The notes under the pieces: generated by a model | What the model saw: the letters and a program-made list of their open reading frames with translations, nothing else | Databases searched by the model: none | Told to the model about the DNA's origin: nothing | Translations under genes and position numbers: made by a program | Assembly: GCA_029856045.1 (NCBI GenBank) | Contig: JAHQWG010000016.1 | Span: 448,001-512,000, forward strand | Length of the DNA: 64,000 nucleotides | Source: Promethearchaeia archaeon | GTDB lineage: Archaea > Asgardarchaeota > Lokiarchaeia > Sigyniarchaeales > SOKP01 | Direction: 5' to 3' | In this document: positions 39,209 through 49,796 of the stretch, one piece after another | Numbering within the stretch: position 1 is the stretch's first letter | Layout: each line of letters begins with the position of its first letter

Positions 39209-40650
39209 TTAATTATTATGTTTTTAAATTTAGTTATAATTTTATCTATTTTTATTTTCATGCTATTGGGTCCATATTTTTGAAGCAAATAAAAAATTGC
39301 AATCATTATTGAAATGGTTATAATGATTACCATCCCAATTATAAATTGAAATATTAATGTGAAATAAATTGTTACTATTATCAATTGATAAATTGTAGTG
39401 CAAAATCCTAATTTAAAAAATTGTTTAAAACTAATAGGACGATTATTTTGTTCAGCAAGATTAATAACAAGAATATTATCTCCCAATGGAGTTAAATTAT
39501 CTCCCCAATTAGCACCTATGGAGAGACTATAAAACAATTGGTTTTTATCTATTAAAGAAACACCTTCCGACATACTACCTATAACAGGGGTTAATACTTT
39601 CGTTATTGGAATATTGTCAATGGAGCTACTTAAAAAGGCGGAAATCCACAAGACCATTATTATCTGTAAAAATAAATTCCCAGCTCCTAAGTTTGATAAT
39701 ATTATTCCGAAAGAGCTAACAATCCCCGTTATTTCTAGCCCTCCTGAAATAATAAAAATCCCTAACAAATAGAAAATTAGTTCGAAGTCAATTTTTTTGA
39801 TCAATTCTTTTGGGTCCAATCCACTTATTATTATTAATATGATTGCGATACTTAACGCAATCATATCAGATGTAATTAAAGAAGATGGAACAAAAATAAA
39901 CAAAATAATTAAAGTTATAATTGATATAATAGATTGGAATAATAACCTCTTATTTTGTACAAAATTCCAAATATTAAATTCCTTTAAAACTTTAAAACCT
40001 TCTTCTGGAAAACTCAATTCTTTTTTAAATAAAAAAATAAAAAAGAGTGAAGTAAATGGGAAAATAATCAAAGATATTAAACCCACATTCAAGAAAAATT
40101 CCAAGAATGATATTCCAGCATAAGTTGTTATTAATATATTAGGAATAGAGGAAATTGAAAAGAATGTGCCACCAATATTTACTAAAACAGCTTGAGTTAA
40201 TATATAAGGAGATGGATTAATATTTAAAATACGTGATACTGTGATTGTAAGTGGAATAAGAATAATAACAGTCAAAATATTATTTAATATTGCTGAAATT
40301 AAAATTGTTATTATACAAAATAGAATCAATAATAATACAGGTTTCCCCCTTGATAATTTAATTAATCTTATTGCAAGAAATTGAAATGTACCTGCTTCAT
40401 GTGAAATTTGAACAATAATCATCATTCCAATAATTAATACCAATGAATGTAAATTCACATAACCTTCATCTTGAGAACTAAACAAAAGATCAACAATTAT
40501 TGAGAAATCTAACCCTTCAATAAAAATTAATACAAAATATGTGATTATTGCACCCGCAAGAGAAGCAATGGCTCGATTTAACTTATCTGTCAAGATAAGA
40601 ATAATTACACCAATAAAACAAGAGGAAATAATAATTGTACTGATGATTAT
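39205..40650 (-). CDS. ArsB/NhaD/SLC13 permease (probable ATA start at 40650)
   Basis: SAILNNILT, NIGGTFFSISSIPNI, SSSIDNIP, GANWGDNLTPLG; the hydrophobic frame extends 19 codons upstream of TTG 40593 to an ATA 6 nt after GGTGA. Confidence 0.85.
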   Translation of the reverse strand: MIISTIIISSCFIGVIILILTDKLNRAIASLAGAIITYFVLIFIEGLDFSIIVDLLFSSQDEGYVNLHSLVLIIGMMIIVQISHEAGTFQFLAIRLIKLSRGKPVLLLILFCIITILISAILNNILTVIILIPLTITVSRILNINPSPYILTQAVLVNIGGTFFSISSIPNILITTYAGISFLEFFLNVGLISLIIFPFTSLFFIFLFKKELSFPEEGFKVLKEFNIWNFVQNKRLLFQSIISIITLIILFIFVPSSLITSDMIALSIAIILIIISGLDPKELIKKIDFELIFYLLGIFIISGGLEITGIVSSFGIILSNLGAGNLFLQIIMVLWISAFLSSSIDNIPITKVLTPVIGSMSEGVSLIDKNQLFYSLSIGANWGDNLTPLGDNILVINLAEQNNRPISFKQFFKLGFCTTIYQLIIVTIYFTLIFQFIIGMVIIITISIMIAIFYLLQKYGPNSMKIKIDKIITKFKNIIIK

Positions 40651-40980
40651 TTTGATTCACCTTATTATGCTAAATATGTAATTTGATAATAGAATTGTTA
40701 AAAATTTATTGTTTAAATTCTTTAAAACATTTATATTTTTTTAATATCTATTCCAAATTATGATTTTAAATCGATATATTTTGCTTTTCCTTTTCTTAGT
40801 AACTATTTCCTTGTTTCATTCATTATTAGGATAAACGCTGGACCCAAAAAAATTATTAATTAATTATACCATTGATTAATAGGAATGATATTAAAAACAA
40901 TAATTAAAGATAAATTGTAAGTTAATTTTACAAAAGGAAAAAAAGGGGAAAATATTTAAAATAGTTAAAAATTAACTGTA

Positions 40981-41793
40981 TTACTGAATTTGGCGTAAAA
41001 TTTCTGGCGTACTTATGTCTATATCGTATTTTTTGAATGTATCAAAAACCGCTCTATATAGATTTCCTTCAATTCTTTTAATTCTTTTAATTTCTCTAAT
41101 ATAAACGTACAATCTGTATTCAACGGCGAAATTTAAAAAATTTGTCATCATAACATATGGTTTAGGCTCCTTTAATATAGCAGGAACGGTTACTGCTGCC
41201 TCCAATAATGCCCTTTCGACTTTATTAGGGTCTTCATCATATCCTGCTGAAATTACTACTTGTCTTCTAATCACTTTAGTCTTACCTAAAGATTTAATCG
41301 ATTCTGTTAATAATTTCTGATTAGGAACAGAAATTTTTACTCCATCCAAATCAATCAATACTGTATAAATTAATTTGATCTCAATTACATCCGTCAGTGA
41401 GTCATCAAATATTATTCGATCTCCCTTAACAAAAGGTTTGCTAGACATTATAATAAGACCAGCTATAACGTTTCCTAGAGTGTTCATAGATGCAAATCCA
41501 ATTATTGTTCCAAGCGATAGAGTTAAAAAACCAGCAATTAAACCAATGGCTTCGGTAAATTGAGAAAAGATCATTAGTACAATTATAATTATGAAAATAT
41601 ATTTAAAGAATTTCAAGATTAATTTTCCTGTACGCTCATCTATCTTTCCATGTTCTGTTCTTTTGGTAATTTGTCTTTTTAAGATTTTGTAAATAATATA
41701 TCCAACAATTATTGTTGCGAAAATGAATATTAATGTCCAAAAATTAGTAATAAACCAATTAATTAAGTCATCTAAAAAAGTTTGCATTATCAT
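40981..41793 (-). CDS. mscS: Small-conductance mechanosensitive channel
   Basis: IGFASMNTLGNVIAGLII...KPFVKGDRI, ISVPN, V.ISAGYD.D. Confidence 0.92.
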   Translation of the reverse strand: MIMQTFLDDLINWFITNFWTLIFIFATIIVGYIIYKILKRQITKRTEHGKIDERTGKLILKFFKYIFIIIIVLMIFSQFTEAIGLIAGFLTLSLGTIIGFASMNTLGNVIAGLIIMSSKPFVKGDRIIFDDSLTDVIEIKLIYTVLIDLDGVKISVPNQKLLTESIKSLGKTKVIRRQVVISAGYDEDPNKVERALLEAAVTVPAILKEPKPYVMMTNFLNFAVEYRLYVYIREIKRIKRIEGNLYRAVFDTFKKYDIDISTPEILRQIQ

Positions 41794-41873
41794 TTTTTTT
41801 ACACCTTTTATTATAGAACAAAATTTAATTTAAATTTACTTTGCATTATTTTAATATTTTTTTTTTTAAAAAA

Positions 41874-42941
41874 TTATATGTATTTCTTAGCAATTAAATA
41901 TTCAGCTGATAAAACCCCTCCCCTCCCAGCTCCTAATTCTGTGTTATGACTTAAAACGGTAAATTTTATACCATTAGGAAAATTCGTTTTTTCAAGTCCT
42001 CCGACGTAAGTAATCATCCCTGCTTTCTCATTCCCTTTATTCTCAAGGTCAATTCTGGGTTGAGGTCGGTAAGGGTCATCAAAAACCTTTATTGGGTGTT
42101 CAGGAGCATTTGGCAAATCTAGACCGGCTGTTTGTCCTTCAAAATCTCTCAATGTTTGTTTAACTTCTTCAATATCCTCAAATTCATTTACAGTTTCTAT
42201 AAAAACACTTTCCATATGACCATTTATTGAGGGTACTCGATTACACTTACAATCGATTAAAAATTCAATATTTTGTATTTTATCCTCAATTATTGTACCA
42301 AAAATCTTTTTAATCTCTCTCATTACTTTTTTTTCTTCCCTCTCTATATGAGGAACAATATTTGCAACTATATCATAACTGGGAACGCCAGGATAACCTG
42401 CTCCTGTAATTGCTTGCATGGAAACCATATGAACACTTTTAATACCATATTTTTTTAAAATAGGATATAATGAAATTGCCAATCCGATAGCTGTGCAATT
42501 AGGACCAGGAACAATAAAACCTTTCCACCCACGTTTCTTTTTTTGTATATCTAAAATTCTATAATGCTCTCCATTAACAATAGGTAAAAATATTGGAACA
42601 TCTTCTTCATATCTATAAGTAGCTGCTGTACTTACCACAGGTTTACTTGTTGCAATTTCACCCTCAATCTCTCGAGCATACCCTGAAGGAATTGCAGAAA
42701 AAACAATGTCAATTGAATTTAGATCTAAATCTTTAATATCCGTAACTGTCATTTCTTTTATTTCCTCTGGATATTTATAACTCGTAAAGCCCCTGATTGA
42801 TTCCCCAAATTTTTTGCCAATCGAGGCGTGTCCATGCAATGACATGATTTCAAACCAAGAGTGTCCTATTAGTGCTTCCATAAACTGTTGTCCCGCCATT
42901 CCAGTAGCTCCAATTACGCTCGCTCTATATTTTTTAGGCAT
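41874..42941 (-). CDS. asd: Aspartate-semialdehyde dehydrogenase (archaeal type)
   Basis: IGATGMAGQ, PNCT catalytic Cys, MQAITGAGYPG, CNRVP..NGH, SHNTELGAG. Confidence 0.92.
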   Translation of the reverse strand: MPKKYRASVIGATGMAGQQFMEALIGHSWFEIMSLHGHASIGKKFGESIRGFTSYKYPEEIKEMTVTDIKDLDLNSIDIVFSAIPSGYAREIEGEIATSKPVVSTAATYRYEEDVPIFLPIVNGEHYRILDIQKKKRGWKGFIVPGPNCTAIGLAISLYPILKKYGIKSVHMVSMQAITGAGYPGVPSYDIVANIVPHIEREEKKVMREIKKIFGTIIEDKIQNIEFLIDCKCNRVPSINGHMESVFIETVNEFEDIEEVKQTLRDFEGQTAGLDLPNAPEHPIKVFDDPYRPQPRIDLENKGNEKAGMITYVGGLEKTNFPNGIKFTVLSHNTELGAGRGGVLSAEYLIAKKYI

Positions 42942-43126
42942 AATTCTTCTCTACTCAAATTTGAACATAATGAAATTTAAAAAATACTATATTATTTTAT
43001 TTTTGAAGAAAATATTTAAAACTTATTTTCTATTTATATTATTAGCAAAAATTTCTAACTGGGTTAAATTAAATCTCTTAAAAATTTTCCCAATTTAGAG
43101 TAAATTTTTGAAGGATTGAGGTATAG

Positions 43127-43651
43127 GTGATAAAGATAGTAGATTCCATAGCACTTCTTGAATCACAAGCTGAAGAATTTGAAAATAAAGCAAAAATAGA
43201 GATGAGAAAAAAGAATTACGGAGAAGCCATCTTATTTTTTGAAGAGGCTGTAGATATCTATCTCAAATTAAGGTGGGATGGAAAAATTAAGATGTTAGAA
43301 AAAACAATTAAACGGCTTCAAAACGTTATTGGGTTTGAAAACAACAATCACGTAAACTCTGATTTTGTCAATATTAAGCAAGAAATGGAGCATAAATCCA
43401 ATAATCTAACCATAAAAAAAGAAGTACCGGAAGAAATTAAAAATAAACTTGTAAAAATCGAAATGCTCGAAAGAAAAGCAGATAATGATGAGATACAAGG
43501 AAATGTGAAAAGAAGTTTTGATAGGTATCAAATAATCTTGGAATTAACAACTGATATAAATTCTTTAGAACAATTTAATTTTGAAAATAAAATTGTAGGA
43601 ATTAAAGAGAAAATAAATAAATTGACTGAAAGATTAAAGTCCAATTTATAA
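43127..43651 (+). CDS. Helical repeat (TPR/MIT-like) protein
   Basis: Two units of A...E.K.NY.EAI..F..A..IY..L; the true start may be ATA 43136. Confidence 0.6.
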   Translation: MIKIVDSIALLESQAEEFENKAKIEMRKKNYGEAILFFEEAVDIYLKLRWDGKIKMLEKTIKRLQNVIGFENNNHVNSDFVNIKQEMEHKSNNLTIKKEVPEEIKNKLVKIEMLERKADNDEIQGNVKRSFDRYQIILELTTDINSLEQFNFENKIVGIKEKINKLTERLKSNL

Positions 43652-43692
43652 AAAAAAATTTATTCTTTGTGTTCTTTAACATTTTAGATATA

Positions 43693-44721
43693 ATGAATAA
43701 TCCTTTCGCAAATTTTTATCGTGTACCGACATCTTTAGAACTCCTAGATATTGCTTTTAGTAGAGCTATGAAAAGCAGTGCTCAAGTATCTAAAAATGCA
43801 CCTAAAATATTAAAAGCAAGAAAAAAGGAAATTAAAAGAATTCAAGTCGCAATCAAAGAAATTATAGATAGAATATTAAAAATTATTAAAATGGTTCCGA
43901 TTATTGAGGAAATACCCGAATTCTATCGAGAATTGGCTTCATTAATCGTTAATACTGATGAATTAAGACTAACTCTAGGGAAATTAAATGGTATATTGCC
44001 TATCTTAAGTAAAATTGAAAGAGAATATAAAACTCGAATTAAAAAAACAGAAATACCCAAAGAAGCTGTGAAATATAGACGAGAAGTATTTGGAAGAATA
44101 TCTTCAATAATAAACAAACAAAAGCATAATCTCGACTATTTAAATGAAATTAGAGGAGAATTAAGAAGAATCCCTTCTATTGATTATGAAATTCCTTCAA
44201 TTGTTATTGCTGGCTATCCTAATGTGGGAAAAAGTAGTCTTGTAAGTTTAATTTCCACAGTAAAACCAGAAATTCAACCATATCCTTTCACTACGAAGAA
44301 AATTATTATCGGACATCATATAGTAGAAAAAAATTATGATAAGATGAAACTCCAAATAATTGATACCCCCGGAATCTTAGATAGACCTATGTCAAAAAGA
44401 AATAAGATTGAACTGCAAGCAATATTAGCTCTTAACTTGATTTCTGATTTAATAGTCTTCATATTTGACCCTACTCCAGCTTGTGGATATGATATTGATT
44501 GTCAGGTGGATTTATATTATGAAATTTGTAATAATTTCTCTAAAGATGGCAAAATTCCAATTATCATCGTTTTAAATAAAATGGATCTAGCTAATGAGGA
44601 GGAAGTTCAATTTATAAAGAATAAATTAAATTTAAATGAAGATGATTTTTTTCTAATTAATGCTTTAAATGGAAAAAATGTAAAGGAACTACTTGAATTC
44701 GTAATAAATAAGTTGATATAA
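43693..44721 (+). CDS. NOG1 family GTPase
   Basis: ELLDIAFSRA N-domain, GYPNVGKSS, YPFTTK, DTPGILDRP, NKMD. Confidence 0.93.
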   Translation: MNNPFANFYRVPTSLELLDIAFSRAMKSSAQVSKNAPKILKARKKEIKRIQVAIKEIIDRILKIIKMVPIIEEIPEFYRELASLIVNTDELRLTLGKLNGILPILSKIEREYKTRIKKTEIPKEAVKYRREVFGRISSIINKQKHNLDYLNEIRGELRRIPSIDYEIPSIVIAGYPNVGKSSLVSLISTVKPEIQPYPFTTKKIIIGHHIVEKNYDKMKLQIIDTPGILDRPMSKRNKIELQAILALNLISDLIVFIFDPTPACGYDIDCQVDLYYEICNNFSKDGKIPIIIVLNKMDLANEEEVQFIKNKLNLNEDDFFLINALNGKNVKELLEFVINKLI

Positions 44722-44853
44722 TCTTACTCTTCATATTTAAGATATTATTGATTTTTGTCTATTTTTTTAAAAAAAAATAAGGTAAAGCTATATATATGAG
44801 AAAAATAAATGTATTTTCGTTAATACAAAATACCTATATTTATCTATAAAACA

Positions 44854-46101
44854 ATGCAATTAGAAATTAAATCACTTTACACAAATTTTTTTAATTTTGT
44901 TATATGGGATGTCATTAAACCATTATTTAGTGGATTATCAATTAATATTCCTTATAATGAATTAAAAAAATCTGTTGGTAAGGTTTTTGTGAAGGGAGCT
45001 TTACATTATAAAGTCAATTACGACAATATTTTGAAAATATTAAAGAAATCTAATCTCCCAAGTGCTATTATAGATTATATTATTGATTTATTATCAAAAT
45101 TTGCTAATCAATTAGATAGTTACTTCTTAAAAAACGTAAATGATATAAAGTCAGTATATAAAGGTGAAGAACTCGAGAATATTTTACATGATTTTAATAA
45201 TATTATCAATGAATACATCTTAATTTCCTATTTCGATTTAATCGTATTAAAACAAGCAACTTCTTTACTCGTTTATGCATCTGATCTTTCATTAGCAGAT
45301 ATATATCAATGCAGAATGGAATTTACAGAGCTACTTAGATCAGCATTAGTTAAAGATTCATCTTTGAAAATTGCAGAACTACTAGAATCGATAAGAGAAA
45401 AATTGAGTAGTATTACTGATAACGAAAAAATAATTAATTTAATTATGATTCAATTAGCTAGTTTCTTTGAGTGGTTAGTATCTTCTGATGATTTTGAGAC
45501 AATTATTCCTATAATGAAGGAAATTCTCTCGCATGAAGTTATTAATTACCATCAAGTTTCTTCCTTAATTCCATCTAATAATGTAAATATTATAACTGAA
45601 TGGTTTAAACAACAGGTAATTGAAATACCAATAATTCTTTTAAAAAAATCATTATCTAATGATTTCACATATGAATGTGAGAACTTAAAACATGAGATTT
45701 TAGAGATTTTCAAATTATTTTTAAACGGAACCATAACATATGATATTCTCGAAAAGAGATTACAAGAAATTGGAAAAAAATTAGGTTTGGAAAAATTATA
45801 TAAAATTGAAGAAAATATTTTTGAATTTTTAGAATTAGACCAATCCCTAGATTTAGTGAAATCTTACCCTCTTCAAAAGATACATACAAAATTCAACTTT
45901 AATTTACCAAAATTTCAAAAACGAGAAAATGATCAAAAATATATTGAACAAGTAAATTTAATTATTCTTTATCAAATTTATAATAACAGTTTAACCTACT
46001 GTAAGTTTATTGAAGAAGAAAAAGCCATTGACCCATCATTAAAAAGATTAATCCAATATATTAAGAGCAAGATTCAAATTACCGAGACTTTATATATCTA
46101 G
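44854..46101 (+). CDS. Hypothetical helical protein
   Basis: 415-aa ORF, no motif recognised. Confidence 0.65.
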   Translation: MQLEIKSLYTNFFNFVIWDVIKPLFSGLSINIPYNELKKSVGKVFVKGALHYKVNYDNILKILKKSNLPSAIIDYIIDLLSKFANQLDSYFLKNVNDIKSVYKGEELENILHDFNNIINEYILISYFDLIVLKQATSLLVYASDLSLADIYQCRMEFTELLRSALVKDSSLKIAELLESIREKLSSITDNEKIINLIMIQLASFFEWLVSSDDFETIIPIMKEILSHEVINYHQVSSLIPSNNVNIITEWFKQQVIEIPIILLKKSLSNDFTYECENLKHEILEIFKLFLNGTITYDILEKRLQEIGKKLGLEKLYKIEENIFEFLELDQSLDLVKSYPLQKIHTKFNFNLPKFQKRENDQKYIEQVNLIILYQIYNNSLTYCKFIEEEKAIDPSLKRLIQYIKSKIQITETLYI

Positions 46102-46175
46102 ATGATGATTCTTTTTTTAATTTCACTAAGTCTTTAAAAAATTATAATATTTTATGAGAATAGTTAAAAATATAT

Positions 46176-47258
46176 ATGACAGACAAGACATATTTGCTAG
46201 GACTTGACATTGGAGGGGCAAATTCTAAAGCTGCGTTAGTGGAATTTGATAATAAAAAGTTAAACAAAATTCGCACTGCTATTAGGTATTACCCATTTTG
46301 GGAAAAAAATATAAAAGAATTCCCTAAAATGCTAAGAAATTTAAGCACACAACTGTTAGGAGAGAGTAATATTGATTTCAATGATATAAATAAAATTGCA
46401 GTTACTATTACGGCCGAGTTATCTGACGCTTTCCAGACTAAAAAGGAAGGGATTCAAACCATCTTAGAGGTGCTAAAAAAAGTCTTCGAGTCAGATAAAA
46501 TCATGGTGATCAACAATCAAAATGTATTCTTTAAAGTTCAAGACGCGTTGGAAAATTATCTAAATGTTGCTGGAGCAAATTGGGTTGCAACAGCTCTATT
46601 TCTCGGCTCATATAAACCGGACTGTATTTTAATTGATGCTGGTTCAACAACTATTGACCTTATCCCTATAAAAGATGGAAAACCTCAAACAATTGGTAAA
46701 GATGATGTTTCAAGAATAATGAATCACGAATTAATTTATACTGGTGCTTTAAGAGCTACCATTCCCTCAATAACTCATTTTGTTCCATTTAAGAGGAAAA
46801 ATTGTAGAATTTCATTTGAAAAGTTTGCATTAATTGCAGATGTTCATCGTATTTTGGGGCATATTACCGAACAGGAATATTCTTGTGATACTGCAGATAA
46901 TCGCTCAAAATCCTTTTATAATTGCTATGCTCGGCTTTCACGTATTATATGCGGTGATTTAGAGCAATTAACAAAAGATGAGTTGAATATAATTGCTAAC
47001 TATATATATCAAACTCAACTTAAAATTATTATGAGTGAAATTCAGTTGTTTATAGAACAAACATCTTATAGACTGCCAGATTTAACGCAAAATCCATTAT
47101 TTATTACAACGGGTTTAGGTGAGAAATTTTTAATAAATACTGCGCTAAAAAATTTGGGATATAATAATATAGTAAGCTTTTCAGACGTAATCAAGTTTCC
47201 AGATAACGTGATATCCTCCGCTATTGCTGTTGCGGGGGCATTAAATCTATTTATATAA
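46176..47258 (+). CDS. mfnF: Methanofuran biosynthesis protein MfnF-like (hydantoinase A / H4MPT-linked C1 pathway family)
   Basis: GLDIGGANSK, TITAELSDAF.TKKEG, ANWVATA, IDAGSTTIDLIP, ELIYTGALR, CDTAD. Confidence 0.85.
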   Translation: MTDKTYLLGLDIGGANSKAALVEFDNKKLNKIRTAIRYYPFWEKNIKEFPKMLRNLSTQLLGESNIDFNDINKIAVTITAELSDAFQTKKEGIQTILEVLKKVFESDKIMVINNQNVFFKVQDALENYLNVAGANWVATALFLGSYKPDCILIDAGSTTIDLIPIKDGKPQTIGKDDVSRIMNHELIYTGALRATIPSITHFVPFKRKNCRISFEKFALIADVHRILGHITEQEYSCDTADNRSKSFYNCYARLSRIICGDLEQLTKDELNIIANYIYQTQLKIIMSEIQLFIEQTSYRLPDLTQNPLFITTGLGEKFLINTALKNLGYNNIVSFSDVIKFPDNVISSAIAVAGALNLFI

Positions 47259-47277
47259 AAAATGTTGATATTTATAG

Positions 47278-48045
47278 ATGATTGATGATGTTCTTTTATT
47301 TAAAATCGGAGGAAAAATAATCGATCACAAGCCTGATTTAGATAATACTATCTCCCAATTACGTGCCATTAAAGAAATTAAACCATCGATAAAATCAATA
47401 ATTTTAATAGCTGGAGGGGGCTCTAATGTTGATCAAATTCGAAAATCCTATAAAAGAGGAGAAATCAATGATGAGGTTGCGCATTGGCAAGCAATTAAAA
47501 TTATGGATCTGAATGCTATAAAAATTCAAGATCTCAATAAAGATTTTACTCTTACTGATTCATTCATTGAATTAACAAGGTTAGTGTCGTCATCTGGACA
47601 GTTTAAAATAATTAATTTTCCAACCTTTAAATATCTAAAAAGAAATGATGAGCTTCCCCATAACTGGAATACTACTTCAGATTCGATTTCATATTTTATA
47701 GCCAGTAAATTGAATCTCTTAAAATGTTTTTTAATTAAAGATATGGATGGAATTTATCTCAAAGACGGTAAAAAAATAATAAAGAATTTATCAATAAATG
47801 ATTTTCAAAAATTACAAAAAAACGATCAATTATTCAATCCCATAAAAATTAACAGAATTACTGGAATACCTATATTTAAAAAAAAATCTACGCCAATAGA
47901 TTCTTACTTATTAAACCTGATAAAAAAAAATAAATTAAATTGTATTATATTAAATGGAAAAATGCCATCTACAAATATTACAAAATATTTTCAATCTATA
48001 AACGAATATGAGAAAGTTTATACAAAATTATACTGCAACGCTTAA
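47278..48045 (+). CDS. mfnE: Amino-acid-kinase-fold MfnE-like kinase
   Basis: FKIGG, AGGGSNVD.IR, AHWQAIKIMD, LPHNWNTTSDSI, KDMDGIY; adjacent to mfnF. Confidence 0.8.
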   Translation: MIDDVLLFKIGGKIIDHKPDLDNTISQLRAIKEIKPSIKSIILIAGGGSNVDQIRKSYKRGEINDEVAHWQAIKIMDLNAIKIQDLNKDFTLTDSFIELTRLVSSSGQFKIINFPTFKYLKRNDELPHNWNTTSDSISYFIASKLNLLKCFLIKDMDGIYLKDGKKIIKNLSINDFQKLQKNDQLFNPIKINRITGIPIFKKKSTPIDSYLLNLIKKNKLNCIILNGKMPSTNITKYFQSINEYEKVYTKLYCNA

Positions 48046-48070
48046 AGGTAGTGAAGCTATCACGCATAGA

Positions 48071-48472
48071 TCAAACCGAAGGATTAATCTTTTTAAAGCA
48101 TTGACAGCAAGGAATCCCTATAATAATTTTATTTTTATAATTTTTTGGTTTATGCATTAATTTTAACAAATTTTCTTTTAATTTTTTCGCAAATTCAGTT
48201 TCTTCAAAATAAAATCTCATTAAATCATCTTTATGATTTTCTCCTTTACAAATAGGACAAATAGAATAAAATTCTAAGAAATTATCACAAATTTTCTTTT
48301 CTTCATCAGATAAGGCTTCATAGTCTTGATTAACAGCATATGTATCTTCAAATAATATTTCTTGTATTCTTTCAATATCTGCTAGCATTTGCTCTCTAAT
48401 CCAAGTTATGGTATCAATATCTCCCTCATGATTTTCCTCTGATTCAAATGGATTCGAAGAAAAATAAGACAT
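48071..48472 (-). CDS. Small zinc-binding hypothetical protein
   Basis: CPIC...IGIPCCQC; acidic N-terminus. Confidence 0.65.
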   Translation of the reverse strand: MSYFSSNPFESEENHEGDIDTITWIREQMLADIERIQEILFEDTYAVNQDYEALSDEEKKICDNFLEFYSICPICKGENHKDDLMRFYFEETEFAKKLKENLLKLMHKPKNYKNKIIIGIPCCQCFKKINPSV

Positions 48473-48540
48473 ATCTATATCTTAGAAAATAATTTAATTA
48501 AATAAACTTTAGTTTCCCTTTTCTTTATTCAAATCGGGAG

Positions 48541-49671
48541 CTACTTTTTTTTTCCTTTTTTTAATTCTTGCTTTATTTTTTCAATCTTTCGGTCTTTTAT
48601 CCAATAACGAATTTTTTGATTCGATAATAATGATTGAACTCGATCATTTAATTTTTGGAATATTTTCTTGTCAGCTTCAGATAATTGCGGGATCTTCTCT
48701 AAAGAATAATCTTCTTCAGAAGGAATGATTTGTTCTTCTTCAGGAAAAGGAATCGTTATCTGCTTTTTTTTATCCAATAACTTCTCTCTTAAAATTCTCT
48801 TGATATTTCTTCCCCACCCTTGTATCCATGGAAAATTCTCAGAATCTTTTGGGTCCTCGATTTCAATGTCAAAACGTTTAACTATTATTAGATCTTCAGG
48901 ACAACTGTTTTGGCATGCTCCACAATATATACAATCATCATCTTTCACTGCAATTTTCCCATATTTTTTAACATCCTCGGCAGTTTCAGGAATAAAAAAG
49001 GATTCAGTCGGACAGATATTAACACAGGCCTTGCAACCTGTCGGATCGCATCGATGAAGCATATTTTGTTTAATTATAACCTCTCCTTTAATCGGAGATT
49101 CTATTTTAAAGCATTTTGTTGGACATTCTTTTTGAATTTTTAAAAAATCTTTAATAAAATTTCCTTCCCTGACTTTTAAACATAAGTTACATATCTCATT
49201 TTTAGTGTCCTTAATGCATTTCTCAAAATCAATCTTATAAAAAGGTTTAAGTTTTGGATACTGGGCTAAAATTATTTGTTCTTCAGGTTTTATAGTCGTT
49301 TCATATACATCATTTATACAAACAACAGGACATAACATGCAATAACAACATTTATCATAATCAATTATGATATAAGGTGCATTTTCTATAATACCTTGTG
49401 CGATTTCGGGAACTGGACCTAATTCAATTGCGTCTGTGGGGCAAACTAATTTACAAAAACTGCATCCAACACATTTATTCAAATCATAAATTAATTTTTT
49501 ATTAACATCTTTAAATTTCCAAGAAAAAACTAAGTTTGCGCCTTCAACATCTGAGGCTTTTAATATATCATCGATTTGCTCTTCATGAGCATTTAAATCT
49601 TTAGCTTCTTTATCGTTAGATCTCGAAATTATAATCAGAGTCCAATCGTTTATGAAATTTACCAGTTCCAA
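48541..49671 (-). CDS. Polyferredoxin, FwdF-like
   Basis: Multiple CxxCxxCxxxCP motifs (CVGCSFCKLVCP, CCYCMLCPVVC, CKACVNICP, CIYCGACQNSCP), AIELGPVPEIA. Confidence 0.85.
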   Translation of the reverse strand: MELVNFINDWTLIIISRSNDKEAKDLNAHEEQIDDILKASDVEGANLVFSWKFKDVNKKLIYDLNKCVGCSFCKLVCPTDAIELGPVPEIAQGIIENAPYIIIDYDKCCYCMLCPVVCINDVYETTIKPEEQIILAQYPKLKPFYKIDFEKCIKDTKNEICNLCLKVREGNFIKDFLKIQKECPTKCFKIESPIKGEVIIKQNMLHRCDPTGCKACVNICPTESFFIPETAEDVKKYGKIAVKDDDCIYCGACQNSCPEDLIIVKRFDIEIEDPKDSENFPWIQGWGRNIKRILREKLLDKKKQITIPFPEEEQIIPSEEDYSLEKIPQLSEADKKIFQKLNDRVQSLLSNQKIRYWIKDRKIEKIKQELKKGKKK

Positions 49672-49796
49672 TTAAAATATAATATTTACTAAATAAAAAT
49701 TTCACTTCTATAAATTTTTAATTAGCCGCACTAAATAAGCTTCTTAAAATTATGTTTTTAGTAGCATCGAATAAGTAAAACTAATTTTTTTTCTAA

